This document shows, one piece after another, positions 1-9,944 of a stretch of 64,000 bases of DNA. The first letter of the stretch is position 1, and each line of letters opens with the position of its first letter. The stretch is taken from IMG/VR virus record IMGVR_UViG_3300029533_000034, one strand, 5' to 3'. Origin of the DNA: a virus. Its lineage: Duplodnaviria; Heunggongvirae; Uroviricota; Caudoviricetes. The notes beneath the pieces were generated by a model. That model was given only the letters and a program-made list of their open reading frames with translations. It was not told the DNA's origin and searched no databases. Both the position numbers and the translations under genes were made by a program.

Positions 1-689
1 CGTCCCGGGCAGTACTTGCAGTCGTTTCCTTCACAGGTAATTCCCTGGAGGCGTTCTTCATACTCGGCTTTCGCCTTGTCATCCTGTTCGGACGTGATCC
101 CCTCCGGAAGCGGCCAGACGTCATCCTGAATAGATTGTGTTTTCCCGATATTCACCTCGATGTAGGAGCAGGCGATTGTACGGGATTCATTCTCCGGAAC
201 CAGGGTTCTGCCATACAGGATTGCGTTGTACATGGTTGGAAGAAATTCATTCCCAAGCACATAACTCTTTCCTGTTTTGATATATGCGACAGTAAGTGTT
301 TCCCCATCGTCATATATCAGATCTGGGCGGATATCAATTTCATCCCCACTGTACGGAAGTGTTACTGTAACTGGCGAAGTAATCACCGATACCGGCTTTT
401 CTCCATGTGTCAGTGTGAAGAATGTTTTTACCATTCTTTTTGCACTAGCTTTGATTGCTTCATCTTCCGCAGGAAGTGTGGAAAGCTGTCCAGCCGTGTC
501 AATGATGTTCGATGCCTCGCTGGAATCATATTCTCCGGATAAAATACCCTTGATCGTTTCCGTAACGATAGAGTATATTGTCAACGAGTTGGAAATTTCC
601 GATTTTGTCTCAATCTCTCCAAATGAGTACTTTCCTCTGTTTTCACAGAATGCCTCTTTGGATAAGTCTCTTTTTAAAATTTTTGCCAT
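1..689 (-). CDS. Partial CDS running off the window start; possible PD-(D/E)XK-like nuclease domain with a Cys cluster
   Basis: Not in the ORF track. ATG at 689 follows a class A motif and GAAAGGAG. Reads MAKILKRD...DIRPDLIYDDGETLTVAYIKTGK...TCEGNDCKYCPG. RPDLI..IKTG and C-x4-CxxC resemble RecB/AddB/Cas4-type nucleases. Confidence 0.55.
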   Translation of the reverse strand, partial: MAKILKRDLSKEAFCENRGKYSFGEIETKSEISNSLTIYSIVTETIKGILSGEYDSSEASNIIDTAGQLSTLPAEDEAIKASAKRMVKTFFTLTHGEKPVSVITSPVTVTLPYSGDEIDIRPDLIYDDGETLTVAYIKTGKSYVLGNEFLPTMYNAILYGRTLVPENESRTIACSYIEVNIGKTQSIQDDVWPLPEGITSEQDDKAKAEYEERLQGITCEGNDCKYCPG

Positions 690-868
690 AGTAGTAGCTC
701 CTTTCGAATTTTAAATTTGTTTACATCAGGAATATGAGATGAGAAAAAAATGTTGTGTGGGAAGCGAAGAAATGCAGGATATGCTATTGGAGTACCAGAT
801 ACAAAATGATGTATTCTACACACAAAAAAAGGAACCACATTTCAGCAGTCCCTTAATTTTTCTCTTTT

Positions 869-2185
869 CTATTGGTACTCGATCAGATACTTGATGGAAC
901 TCTGATGCTCGTTGTAAACAACGACCTCATCGTGACATAAGTAATTGATTCCTCCATACGCCCACAGACAGTCATAATCCGGACTGATTGCATGAAGCTG
1001 TGCTTCATTATCCGGAGTCCCTTTCCCTTCTCTGTAAATGTCATACGGTTTTCCGGTTGCGACATCAAAGATTCCAAGGAAAATAGAACCTACGTGTCCG
1101 GAGTTGTCGCGCCATAAATTTGACCCAGACGTATAGCTAAATGACTTCTGGGATGATGGGGCAAAATACGTTCCATGTCCAAACGCAGAGCCGCAATACG
1201 CAGCATTTGGACGAAGTACCAGACCGTTGATCATGATTGACCACCAGTTTTCCGTACCTGATCCATGGAAGAGTCTTGTCAGACCGTTATCATATCCGGT
1301 AATTCCACGTTTTTCGCAGAAATCATTCAGATTTTTTCTTGTTTCCCAGTTTGTGACCTTCCATGCTCTCTTATAACGGTTGCGATTATCGTAAGTATCC
1401 CCGCCGCCAGCATTTCCATGGAGCATGTCCATGATCTCGGCTTTTTCCTCTGCGGTTACAGGGCGCATTTCAATTCCATGCGCATCACAGATAGTTTCCT
1501 TTGCAGAAGAGACAATTCCCTTTCTTGCCTCAGCAATTTTTTCTTCCATAAGGTTGATTGCGTCTGTCTCCCGCTTGATGATTGTCTGGAAATCTTTCGG
1601 TTTCCGTGCGACCAATTTCCAAAGGTTGTCGATACGTCTCGGAAGAACCTCATACACAATGCATAAGCTGTCATTAAATTCCTTTACTGACATTGTTTTT
1701 AAGTTCTTCTCCATGACGAGCAGCATATTTCTGGCGGTGTCAATGGAAATCTGGGGAATATCCGTAATACGTTTGGTATCTACGGTATAATAATCCTCAA
1801 ATGCCTGTCTGGACACTTCAACGAGGCTTGATACGATGTCTTCTGTATCCACATCCGGCATCTTCTTGTATTTCCCGTTTCCTTTTACAACAAGTTCTGA
1901 CGGTGCCCTGTCGAATGTCAGACGGAATCCTCTTCTAATGAGCTTTCCATACTCATTCTGGAATTCTTCAATCGGGTATGGTCCAATCGCGTGTGCTTTC
2001 TGCAGCCCTACACGCACACCTTCCCTTCCCCTGATGATGGAAAATGTCTTTCCGTCTTCTCCTGCAACCAGCTTGATCTGTTCATTGATGCCTTTTTTGA
2101 CATCCAGCGCAACGTGGTGCATATCGGCATAACAGGTATTTGGAGGAGTTAATTCCTCCGGTGTAAAATTCATATTTTTTCTCAT
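869..2185 (-). CDS. Poly(ADP-ribose) polymerase-like ADP-ribosyltransferase
   Basis: LFHGS, AFGHGTYFA..SQKSFSY and DEVVVY give the H-Y-E triad. An upstream helical region resembles the PARP regulatory domain, and there is a weak WGR-like N-terminus (IIRGREG). Confidence 0.85.
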   Translation of the reverse strand: MRKNMNFTPEELTPPNTCYADMHHVALDVKKGINEQIKLVAGEDGKTFSIIRGREGVRVGLQKAHAIGPYPIEEFQNEYGKLIRRGFRLTFDRAPSELVVKGNGKYKKMPDVDTEDIVSSLVEVSRQAFEDYYTVDTKRITDIPQISIDTARNMLLVMEKNLKTMSVKEFNDSLCIVYEVLPRRIDNLWKLVARKPKDFQTIIKRETDAINLMEEKIAEARKGIVSSAKETICDAHGIEMRPVTAEEKAEIMDMLHGNAGGGDTYDNRNRYKRAWKVTNWETRKNLNDFCEKRGITGYDNGLTRLFHGSGTENWWSIMINGLVLRPNAAYCGSAFGHGTYFAPSSQKSFSYTSGSNLWRDNSGHVGSIFLGIFDVATGKPYDIYREGKGTPDNEAQLHAISPDYDCLWAYGGINYLCHDEVVVYNEHQSSIKYLIEYQ

Positions 2186-2367
2186 AGTTACAAATCTCCT
2201 TTCGATGTTGAAACTGTTTACATCTGTAATATGAGATGAGAAAACTTCCGGACCTTAACTTTAAAAACTTTGTGATTTCTTTTGACGATTTTTCAAATGG
2301 CTTAATATGTATAAAGAAGGCATAAAGGATCATTCTACAGTTGCTTGTACAAAGGAGGGAAAAAGAG

Positions 2368-2658
2368 ATGGACGAGGAAATTGTTAGGGAGGAATACGAA
2401 AGGTTAATCAGGGAAATTGAGGAAGGAAAATCGGATGCGGTACACCGTGTCATGAAAGAAGATGAGTACGAAGATGAGTTTTCGCACAATGCAATCGATA
2501 AGATGCACGGCGTACTTTTCGACATGACAAAAGAATACCTCCACCAGAAACATCCAGGCGAGTATATTGTGGGTATCGACTGGGGTGTGTTTGTTTTATC
2601 TGCGGAAGAGGCAAGGAGACGCGGACTTACAAAAAATGGCGTAAGAACCGTATATTAA
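2368..2658 (+). CDS. Hypothetical protein
   Basis: AAGGAGG RBS, class B motif upstream, terminator hairpin at ~2670-2700. Confidence 0.7.
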   Translation: MDEEIVREEYERLIREIEEGKSDAVHRVMKEDEYEDEFSHNAIDKMHGVLFDMTKEYLHQKHPGEYIVGIDWGVFVLSAEEARRRGLTKNGVRTVY

Positions 2659-3042
2659 CACCACCTTTTAAGGGCGGAATTTTCCGCCCTTATTTTTTTG
2701 GGGGATTTTTTCAAAAAGTTTACAAAATCTTTTGACGATTTTTAAAATGGCGCAATATGTAAGGTGAGAGGGTGATAAAAAATCTTTTCCGTAACGATTG
2801 ATCATTTTTTTACCACAGAGGGGGGGTATGACATATGACACTGATTATTTTAATTATCTTAGTATTCATTCTTGATTAACTTGCATCGCAGTCAGTTTAA
2901 TGTGAGAAAGGAAATTTAAAATGTATTTTTGTCTTCGTATTTAAGAAGCTCGGATGAAAAAAATCTGGGCTTCTTTTTTTTGTGCGGACGTTTCTGCAAA
3001 GAAAATCCCCCGAAACCGGATGTCGGAATCAGGGGATTTTTC

Positions 3043-3390
3043 TTACGCTTCTGTGTCGAATTTTCCAGGATCAGAAGAGGCATACAGCAGCATTCCCGGA
3101 AGGACGTAGCCGAGATCGATGTCTGTTAACTCATCTTCCTCAAAGACTTCCATATTCAGGGAATCGCGTTTGCGTGCGCCAAGAATGGAACGGATGTCCG
3201 TTTCTGTTCCGCCATTGTTAAGGATACGGTGCAGTGTTTCCTCAATACAACCGGCAATATCGATCCGGTCGATCGACTGGTCTTTTGGAATGATAAAGCT
3301 GTACTCATCGTAGTCTCCCGTGAAAGCGTATGTTCCAATTGCTTCATTTGATCCAATATTTAATAGTTCAAGATATTTCTTTATTAACAT
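3043..3390 (-). CDS. Hypothetical protein
   Basis: Class A motif and GAAAGGAG precede the ATG at 3390. Confidence 0.7.
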   Translation of the reverse strand: MLIKKYLELLNIGSNEAIGTYAFTGDYDEYSFIIPKDQSIDRIDIAGCIEETLHRILNNGGTETDIRSILGARKRDSLNMEVFEEDELTDIDLGYVLPGMLLYASSDPGKFDTEA

Positions 3391-3507
3391 AGCAAATCTC
3401 CTTTCAATCCATGGTTTACGTTTCATCATTAATATGAGACAGAAAAATATTTCTGCATTTCATATTGGTGGTGTAAACAATTTTTTTAAACTGAAAGGAG
3501 TATTTTT

Positions 3508-4107
3508 ATGGGAAACAGAAACAAAACCAGAAAGAGAAAACTATTTGTTGTAATCGGCAAAACATCAACAGGGAAAGACACGGTCTGCAACTATATGAAG
3601 CAGAGATATGGTATTAAGCCGGTCGTCAGCTACTCCACCCGGGAAATGCGGTCATATGAAAAGAATGGTGTGCAGCACTATTTTGTCTCCGATCAGGAGA
3701 TGGATGAACTGGAAAAGCACGACGATCTTATCGCATGGACAAAATTTCCTAAAACCGGCATCCGGTACTGTGCAACCCTATCCAGTATTGGGGATGCGGA
3801 AACAGCAACCTATATTTTAAATCCCGATGGCATAGACTGGATGAGGGGACATGCAGATAACCTCAATGCGGAGATCATTGTTATTTACATGAATTTGCCA
3901 GAAGAAGCAATCCGCCAACGTGCCAGACTCCGCGGGGATGATCCGGAAAAGATCAAGGAACGTCTTGCCAGTGAATCGGAGGAATTCGATAAATTCTATG
4001 ACTCCGGTGCCTTTGATTTTGAAGTGGATGCCAATGTCTGCAAGGTGAAGCTCTTTGACCAGATTGACCAGATCCTGCAGGCCAACGAAGTTTTTCCGGT
4101 TGCGTAA
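3508..4107 (+). CDS. gmk: Guanylate kinase-like protein
   Basis: P-loop GKTSTGKDT and guanylate kinase signature STREMRSYEKNGVQHYFVS. Confidence 0.85.
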   Translation: MGNRNKTRKRKLFVVIGKTSTGKDTVCNYMKQRYGIKPVVSYSTREMRSYEKNGVQHYFVSDQEMDELEKHDDLIAWTKFPKTGIRYCATLSSIGDAETATYILNPDGIDWMRGHADNLNAEIIVIYMNLPEEAIRQRARLRGDDPEKIKERLASESEEFDKFYDSGAFDFEVDANVCKVKLFDQIDQILQANEVFPVA

Positions 4108-4256
4108 CAAGAAATATCAGAAGAAAAAAAGAGGGCAAACTGCAGTGTCCTCTTTTTTTTGAAATTTTTCCGCTATTTTCTTTGACGATTTTTCAAATGG
4201 CTCAATATATACCATATCAGGAAAGAAAGGAACGGGAAGCCGTGTGAGTACGACAT

Positions 4257-5327
4257 ATGGGGATACCTTCAGATTACAAAAAATATATGAGTAACTATGT
4301 GCCGCCTTCTCCTCTAAAGAAAAGGGCGGGCAGAAAGAAGAAGAAACGGGAGAAAAAGCGGAATGGTGTCATCCAGCAGCCGCAGGTAAATAACAAAGGG
4401 GTAATTCCTGATGATCTTCTGGAAATCCGTGTTGTCGGCATGGAACGTAAACCAGATCGGAAAGAAAAGGCAAGGCGGGCACGGACTGTACGTGACGGAA
4501 AACCGGAGGGAAAGCCCGGAAAAGAATTAACAGGGGAGCTAAAGAAGAAACCAGAGAAGAAACTGGAGAGGAAACCGGGGCGAATACCAGAGAGAAAATT
4601 AAAAAAGGAACCGGAAAAGAATCCTGAAGAAAAAACAGATGCACTTCCGGAAAAAACATCTTTCCTTGATTTTTTTCTTTCCCTTTGCGACATCCTTGGC
4701 GCCGTCTGCCTCATTTTGTGTATTCTGGCTGGGTTTTACCATGACATTTCGCAAGTTTCGGAAGCCGGCTACCAAACGCAGACGGCGGTGCAGCTTGTGG
4801 ATGTCACCCGCACGGGGACAAAGTGTATTGACGGCTATATGTATGACGCATTTACCATGGAGATTGCGGGAGATAAGACCTTTTACGCTCCGGAGAATTC
4901 CATCAAATGGAATAAAGAGGGGATCGGGAAAAAACGTTGCACCATCAATACCATGACCGTATCCGACAGTTTTTCGTTTACCGAAAGCCCGTTTTTCTTT
5001 GCAAAGACAAGGGAAACGATTGGGGGTACGGAAAATTTCGGAGATCAGTTAAAAACCGGAGATACCATTTCCGTCTCTGTCAACGAACACAAATCCTGGT
5101 TTCTTATAAGCCGGTATCAGGTCGATGTCCATATCATCCGCCAGCAATACTCTTTTGAAGGGGACAACAGTTTTACAGAGAAAGAGATACAGGATTCAAA
5201 AGAAATGGCAGAAAAGTTGTGTAAGAAAAAGAGAGCAAACGTCACTTCTTCTTTTCACTGTATCTTCAGTCAGCGAGTCCATGCCCCAGAAAAACGGGTA
5301 TGGAAGCACGCAACCTCGGTCGTGTGA
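4257..5327 (+). CDS. Membrane-anchored hypothetical protein with Lys/Glu/Pro-rich N-terminus
   Basis: Low-complexity KKPEKKLERKPG repeats followed by one hydrophobic segment (ILGAVCLILCILAGF). Class B motif upstream. Confidence 0.65.
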   Translation: MGIPSDYKKYMSNYVPPSPLKKRAGRKKKKREKKRNGVIQQPQVNNKGVIPDDLLEIRVVGMERKPDRKEKARRARTVRDGKPEGKPGKELTGELKKKPEKKLERKPGRIPERKLKKEPEKNPEEKTDALPEKTSFLDFFLSLCDILGAVCLILCILAGFYHDISQVSEAGYQTQTAVQLVDVTRTGTKCIDGYMYDAFTMEIAGDKTFYAPENSIKWNKEGIGKKRCTINTMTVSDSFSFTESPFFFAKTRETIGGTENFGDQLKTGDTISVSVNEHKSWFLISRYQVDVHIIRQQYSFEGDNSFTEKEIQDSKEMAEKLCKKKRANVTSSFHCIFSQRVHAPEKRVWKHATSVV

Positions 5328-5507
5328 GACTTCACGGAATTTTTCTGTTACATATTAATGAGGTACAGGGATTTCCCTGTATCTTGTACCCCTTTTCTTT
5401 ACCCGGTGCATTATCTGTGCCGGGTAATTTTTCTCGTACAGAAATGTTTTTTTATCTCATATTCCTAATGTAAACAAAATTTTCGAAATGAAAGGAGATA
5501 TGTAACT

Positions 5508-7721
5508 ATGAGAAATATAATTAAAAGAAACGGATCAGAAGCTGCTTTTGACCCGGAAAAAATCTTAAAGGCGATCCAGAAGGCGAATTCATCTGTAGAT
5601 GAGTTCGACCGTGCATCCAGAGGTGATGCTGAAGCTGTTGCAAAGCGGGTGGAGGAGTTGGTAGACTCTACAGAACATGCTCTTGGCGTTGAAGATGTCC
5701 AGGATGCTGTCGAGCAGGAACTCATGAAAGCCGGTCTGTATAAGCTGGCAAGAAATTATACCGTTTATCGGTATAAAAGAGAAATTGCCCGTAAGTCAAA
5801 TACAACAGATGAGCAGATTCTGTCCCTCATTGAAAGAAATAATGAGGAAGTAAAACAGGAAAACTCTAATAAGAACCCGACTATCAACAGTGTCCAGCGT
5901 GATTATATGGCTGGAGAGGTCAGTAAGGATCTTACAAAGAGATTTTTACTTCCTCCGGATATTGTGCAGGCACATGAAGAGGGATTAATTCATTTTCATG
6001 ATGCGGACTATTTCGCACAGCATATGCACAACTGTTGTCTGGTAAACTTAGAGGATATGCTCCAGAATGGTACTGTTATCAGTGGAACCGGTATTGATAC
6101 ACCACATAGTTTTTCTACTGCCTGCAATATTGCAACACAGGGGATTGCTCAGGTGGCAAGTTCACAGTATGGTGGACAGACGATTACTCTGTCACATTTG
6201 GCTCCGTTCGTACAGATCAGCCGTGAGAAATTCCGCAAGCAGGTAATTGCGGAATTTGAAGCAAACGGTATGGAGTACACAGACGAGCAGGTGAAAACAT
6301 CTACCGAAATGCGGGTGCGCGAGGAAATCAACCGCGGGGTGCAGATGATCCAGTATCAGGTGATTACCTTGATGACAACAAACGGACAGGCACCTTTCGT
6401 TACGGTATTTATGTATCTGGACGAAGTGCCGGAGGGACAGACTAGAGATGATTTGGCTGCAATCATTGAAGAAATGCTGCACCAGAGAATCAAGGGCGTA
6501 AAGAATGAGCAGGGAGTCTTTGTTACACCTGCATTTCCAAAGCTCATCTATGTGCTCGAAGAGGATAATATCCATGAAGATTCTAAATATTATTATCTTA
6601 CGAAGCTTGCAGCACAGTGTACTGCAAAGCGTATGGTTCCGGATTACATCTCGGAAAAGGTCATGAAGTCTATTAAGACCAATGACCAGGGTGAGGAATT
6701 CTGCTATCCGTCTATGGGCTGCCGCAGCTTCTTAACGGTAGACCGCTGCGAGGAAAATGTTGCAAATGCCGGAAACTGGAAGAAAGGACATAAATATTAT
6801 GGACGATTCAACCAGGGTGTTGTAACCATCAACCTTGTCGATGTGGCATGCTCCTCTGATGGAGATATGGATTTATTCTGGAAAATTCTGGATGAGCGTC
6901 TTGAATTATGCCACCGTGCATTAAGATGCCGCCACGAACGTCTTCTTGGAACACCGTCAGATGTTGCACCGATTCTGTGGCAGCATGGAGCACTTGCCCG
7001 TCTGAAAAAGGGGGAGCCAATTGACAAGCTGTTATATAATGGCTATTCAACCATTTCCCTTGGCTATGCCGGTCTGTGTGAAACCTGTAGGCGCATGCTT
7101 GGAGTTTCTCATACAGAAACTGAAAAGGGAATGCCATTTGCAAAAGCTGTAATGCAGTATCTTAACGATGCCTGTGCAAAGTGGAAAGCTGCGGAGAACA
7201 TTGATTACAGTGTATATGGAACTCCTCTTGAGTCTACCACATACAAATTTGCAAAGTGTCTGCAGAAACGTTTTGGCATCATTAAGGACGTAACTGATCA
7301 CAACTATATCACAAACAGTTATCACGTTTGTGTAAGGGAAAAGATCAACGCGTTTGAAAAGCTGAAATTCGAATCAGAGTTCCAGCCTCTTTCTCCGGGT
7401 GGTGCAATCAGCTATGTTGAGGTTCCAAATATGCAGAATAACATTCCTGCAGTATTATCAGTGGTCAAATTCATCTATGATAATATCATGTATGCGGAAC
7501 TGAATACGAAGAGTGATTACTGTATGGAATGCGGATATGACGGAGAAATCCAGATTGTCGAAGATGAACACAGCCATAAGCTTATCTGGGAATGTCCGAA
7601 ATGCGGAAACCGTGATCAGAATAAAATGAGCGTGGCTCGTCGTACTTGCGGATACATCGGTACGCAGTTCTGGAATCAGGGTAGAACGCAGGAAATCAAA
7701 GAAAGGGTATTGCATTTATAA
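5508..7721 (+). CDS. nrdD: Anaerobic (class III) ribonucleoside-triphosphate reductase
   Basis: N-terminal ATP cone (IIKRNG), HNCCL, SMGCRSFL, C-terminal CxxC pairs and glycyl-radical motif RRTCGYI. Confidence 0.97.
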   Translation: MRNIIKRNGSEAAFDPEKILKAIQKANSSVDEFDRASRGDAEAVAKRVEELVDSTEHALGVEDVQDAVEQELMKAGLYKLARNYTVYRYKREIARKSNTTDEQILSLIERNNEEVKQENSNKNPTINSVQRDYMAGEVSKDLTKRFLLPPDIVQAHEEGLIHFHDADYFAQHMHNCCLVNLEDMLQNGTVISGTGIDTPHSFSTACNIATQGIAQVASSQYGGQTITLSHLAPFVQISREKFRKQVIAEFEANGMEYTDEQVKTSTEMRVREEINRGVQMIQYQVITLMTTNGQAPFVTVFMYLDEVPEGQTRDDLAAIIEEMLHQRIKGVKNEQGVFVTPAFPKLIYVLEEDNIHEDSKYYYLTKLAAQCTAKRMVPDYISEKVMKSIKTNDQGEEFCYPSMGCRSFLTVDRCEENVANAGNWKKGHKYYGRFNQGVVTINLVDVACSSDGDMDLFWKILDERLELCHRALRCRHERLLGTPSDVAPILWQHGALARLKKGEPIDKLLYNGYSTISLGYAGLCETCRRMLGVSHTETEKGMPFAKAVMQYLNDACAKWKAAENIDYSVYGTPLESTTYKFAKCLQKRFGIIKDVTDHNYITNSYHVCVREKINAFEKLKFESEFQPLSPGGAISYVEVPNMQNNIPAVLSVVKFIYDNIMYAELNTKSDYCMECGYDGEIQIVEDEHSHKLIWECPKCGNRDQNKMSVARRTCGYIGTQFWNQGRTQEIKERVLHL

Positions 7722-8048
7722 TGCATGGAAAAACCCAAAAAAAAATTTTACGTAAAATGGAACGGGGTTCTAAATAAGGAACCCTGTTTTTTTTTGACAG
7801 TTTTTATTATATTTTTCAGATCAGTAAATAAAATAAAGTATATGAATCAAGACAATGTATACAAGAACAAAGTAAACATTGTAAACACAGTAGGTAAAAC
7901 TTGGTTCGTGATATGCTATAAAATCAATAGTTTATGGTAGATTATTCGAAAAAGATAATACGAAAATAACCACATGAAATGTAACATAAACTATTAATGT
8001 TGTAGACTTCTCAGATAAGTTAAATTGTTGACTATACTTTTTGTGTAA

Positions 8049-8057
8049 TGTGGATAA
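8049..8057 (-). promoter_or_regulatory. Consensus DnaA box in an AT-rich intergenic region
   Basis: TGTGGATAA is the reverse complement of TTATCCACA, within the AT-rich stretch 7730-8160. Confidence 0.45.
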
Positions 8058-8160
8058 CTTTAATTTTGGAAAATATGTTATTAATATTCTTAATTCTATT
8101 TTTGATACGACAAAAAGCCCATCCAGATGGGTGAGCTCTAATAAGTTATTAGTCTTCATA

Positions 8161-9132
8161 TCAAGTTTGTAACTCCCTTGCTTTAACTCTAACCAGTCCA
8201 GGCAGGTTTCTTATCGGTGCAATAAAATCGAAGTTTGTATAAATTTGTTTGATTGCAAGCTTAATATTATCGATGCTGTTAGTGCTCGCAATTTTACTCA
8301 TGTCCTTAAACTGTCGATCAGTTGGATTGATAGTGACAGATTTTGGAGCGAACTCTGAGTTAAGGATATCAAAGTAGTCGCGGATCTGTTTTTCAGCTTT
8401 AGCAAATTGATTTCTCTTTTCAGCATAAGCGTCATAGGTCTCAAGTAAACGAATCTTAAAATATTTAGAGGACTCAGATTGGCTGATCTTAAAGATAGAA
8501 TTTATAATATCATTAGACATAACCTTTATAATGTCTTTAACTTGAGTATATGTAGGAAACATTGTTTTAAGTTTAGACATATTGCAGCCATCGCTTAATT
8601 TCATGTTCTGTTTTCCAGGGACCTTATTCATTAAGCCACGAACAGTAAATCTAAGCTCGTTAATTCCCGGAAGTTTCTTAAGCTTGTCCAATAATATTTT
8701 AGACAGCACAATAAAGCCTTTACCACCAGCGTTGGCAGGTAAGGCTTTTGTGGTATAATAGTTTATAAAAATATCATAGGTACCATCCAAAGTGCCTGGG
8801 CAGAAACAGATATAATCTTTTCTGCTCAGTATTCTGAGATTATTTAGAATGGTTCTTTCTGGAAGATCAAGGTACTTGTGTGCTTGATATAGATCAAGTA
8901 CACAATGTGCTTCAGAATTTACATCAAGGAAGTGCAGGTACATATAGACAAGAAGAGCATTGCGATTTAAAGTGTTGCCATTTCCAAACGCATTATACTC
9001 ATTTATGTAAGTGACCTTGTTGTTTATGACTTCTACGCAGTTAGGTCGTAAGCCAACAGCTTTAACAAGAGCTTCAATGCTAATATTTACGCTGCTGGAA
9101 AGTCTTGGCTTTATAAGATTTATAGTTGACAT
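8161..9132 (-). CDS. Putative replication initiator / wHTH DNA-binding protein
   Basis: AAAGGAGG before the ATG at 9132. HTH-like LDLPERTILNNLRILSRKDYI; C-terminal IKLAIKQI...IRNLPGLVR resembles Rep/DnaD-type tails. Adjacent to the repeat array. Confidence 0.5.
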   Translation of the reverse strand: MSTINLIKPRLSSSVNISIEALVKAVGLRPNCVEVINNKVTYINEYNAFGNGNTLNRNALLVYMYLHFLDVNSEAHCVLDLYQAHKYLDLPERTILNNLRILSRKDYICFCPGTLDGTYDIFINYYTTKALPANAGGKGFIVLSKILLDKLKKLPGINELRFTVRGLMNKVPGKQNMKLSDGCNMSKLKTMFPTYTQVKDIIKVMSNDIINSIFKISQSESSKYFKIRLLETYDAYAEKRNQFAKAEKQIRDYFDILNSEFAPKSVTINPTDRQFKDMSKIASTNSIDNIKLAIKQIYTNFDFIAPIRNLPGLVRVKARELQT

Positions 9133-9200
9133 TGTACTTGCACCTCCTTTCATAATCACGATTTTTGCACAAATATGTAGATAAATCAAATTTATACAAG

Positions 9201-9885
9201 CACTTAAAAAATAGCGACAACTTGGAAATGGCACATTAGAAATAATGACATAGACCTGTTGCGCACTTGGAGGACAGTGACATTTTTGCGCAAACACTTA
9301 AGATTCAGTGACACTTTTTGCAAAGTTGGTGATTACACTTAGAAAATGGTGACAGATTTGCCAAAACACATGAGAAAAATAGACAAACTTGTAGGAAACA
9401 CTTAAGATTCAGTGACAGATATATCATTGCACTTAGATATTGACGACACATTTTTATTTTTTTATGATGCACTTACAAAGTGATGACAGATTTCCGAGAA
9501 CACTTAAAAATAAGCGACAAATTTCATTGGTAACACTTACAAATAATGGCATATTTTATGATAACACTTAAGAAATGATGACAGATTTATCTTTTTTTTG
9601 TAGGAATAGTACTTAGGAACCGGTGACAGATATATCATTGCACTTAGAAATTGACGACACATTTATAATAATGCAAAGAATCTAGTAATATGCTTATATA
9701 AACACTTAAAAATTTGTGCCATTTTTGTGCCAGCACTAAAAAAATGATGACACTTTTTCTAAAAATTAGTTTGCACTTAAGAACTGTGGACATTTTTTTA
9801 ATAGCACTTAGAAATTGACGACACAATAGAAACGGCACTTAAGAATTGGTGACATGTTTATATGTACACTTAAAAACCATAGACA
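9201..9885 (+). repeat. Array of 20 iteron-like direct repeats CACTTA-N9-GACA (probable origin or centromere)
   Basis: Starts at 9201, 9232, 9264, 9295, 9336, 9367, 9399, 9430, 9470, 9501, 9534, 9565, 9610, 9641, 9703, 9734, 9774, 9805, 9836, 9867. Spacing mostly 31-33, sometimes 40-45, once 62. Confidence 0.9.
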
Positions 9886-9944
9886 CTTTTTCATTTGCTT
9901 AAAAATACTGAAAACTATATAATAATTGCATTGGAGGGAAAACG

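Noticed and set aside
3400..3414. ATGGATTGAAA (minus strand) as another CRISPR repeat
   Set aside because: It overlaps an RBS and has no repeat hairpin.
9201..9885. Repeat array as a CRISPR array
   Set aside because: The ~31-bp period and short bipartite non-palindromic units leave no room for spacers.
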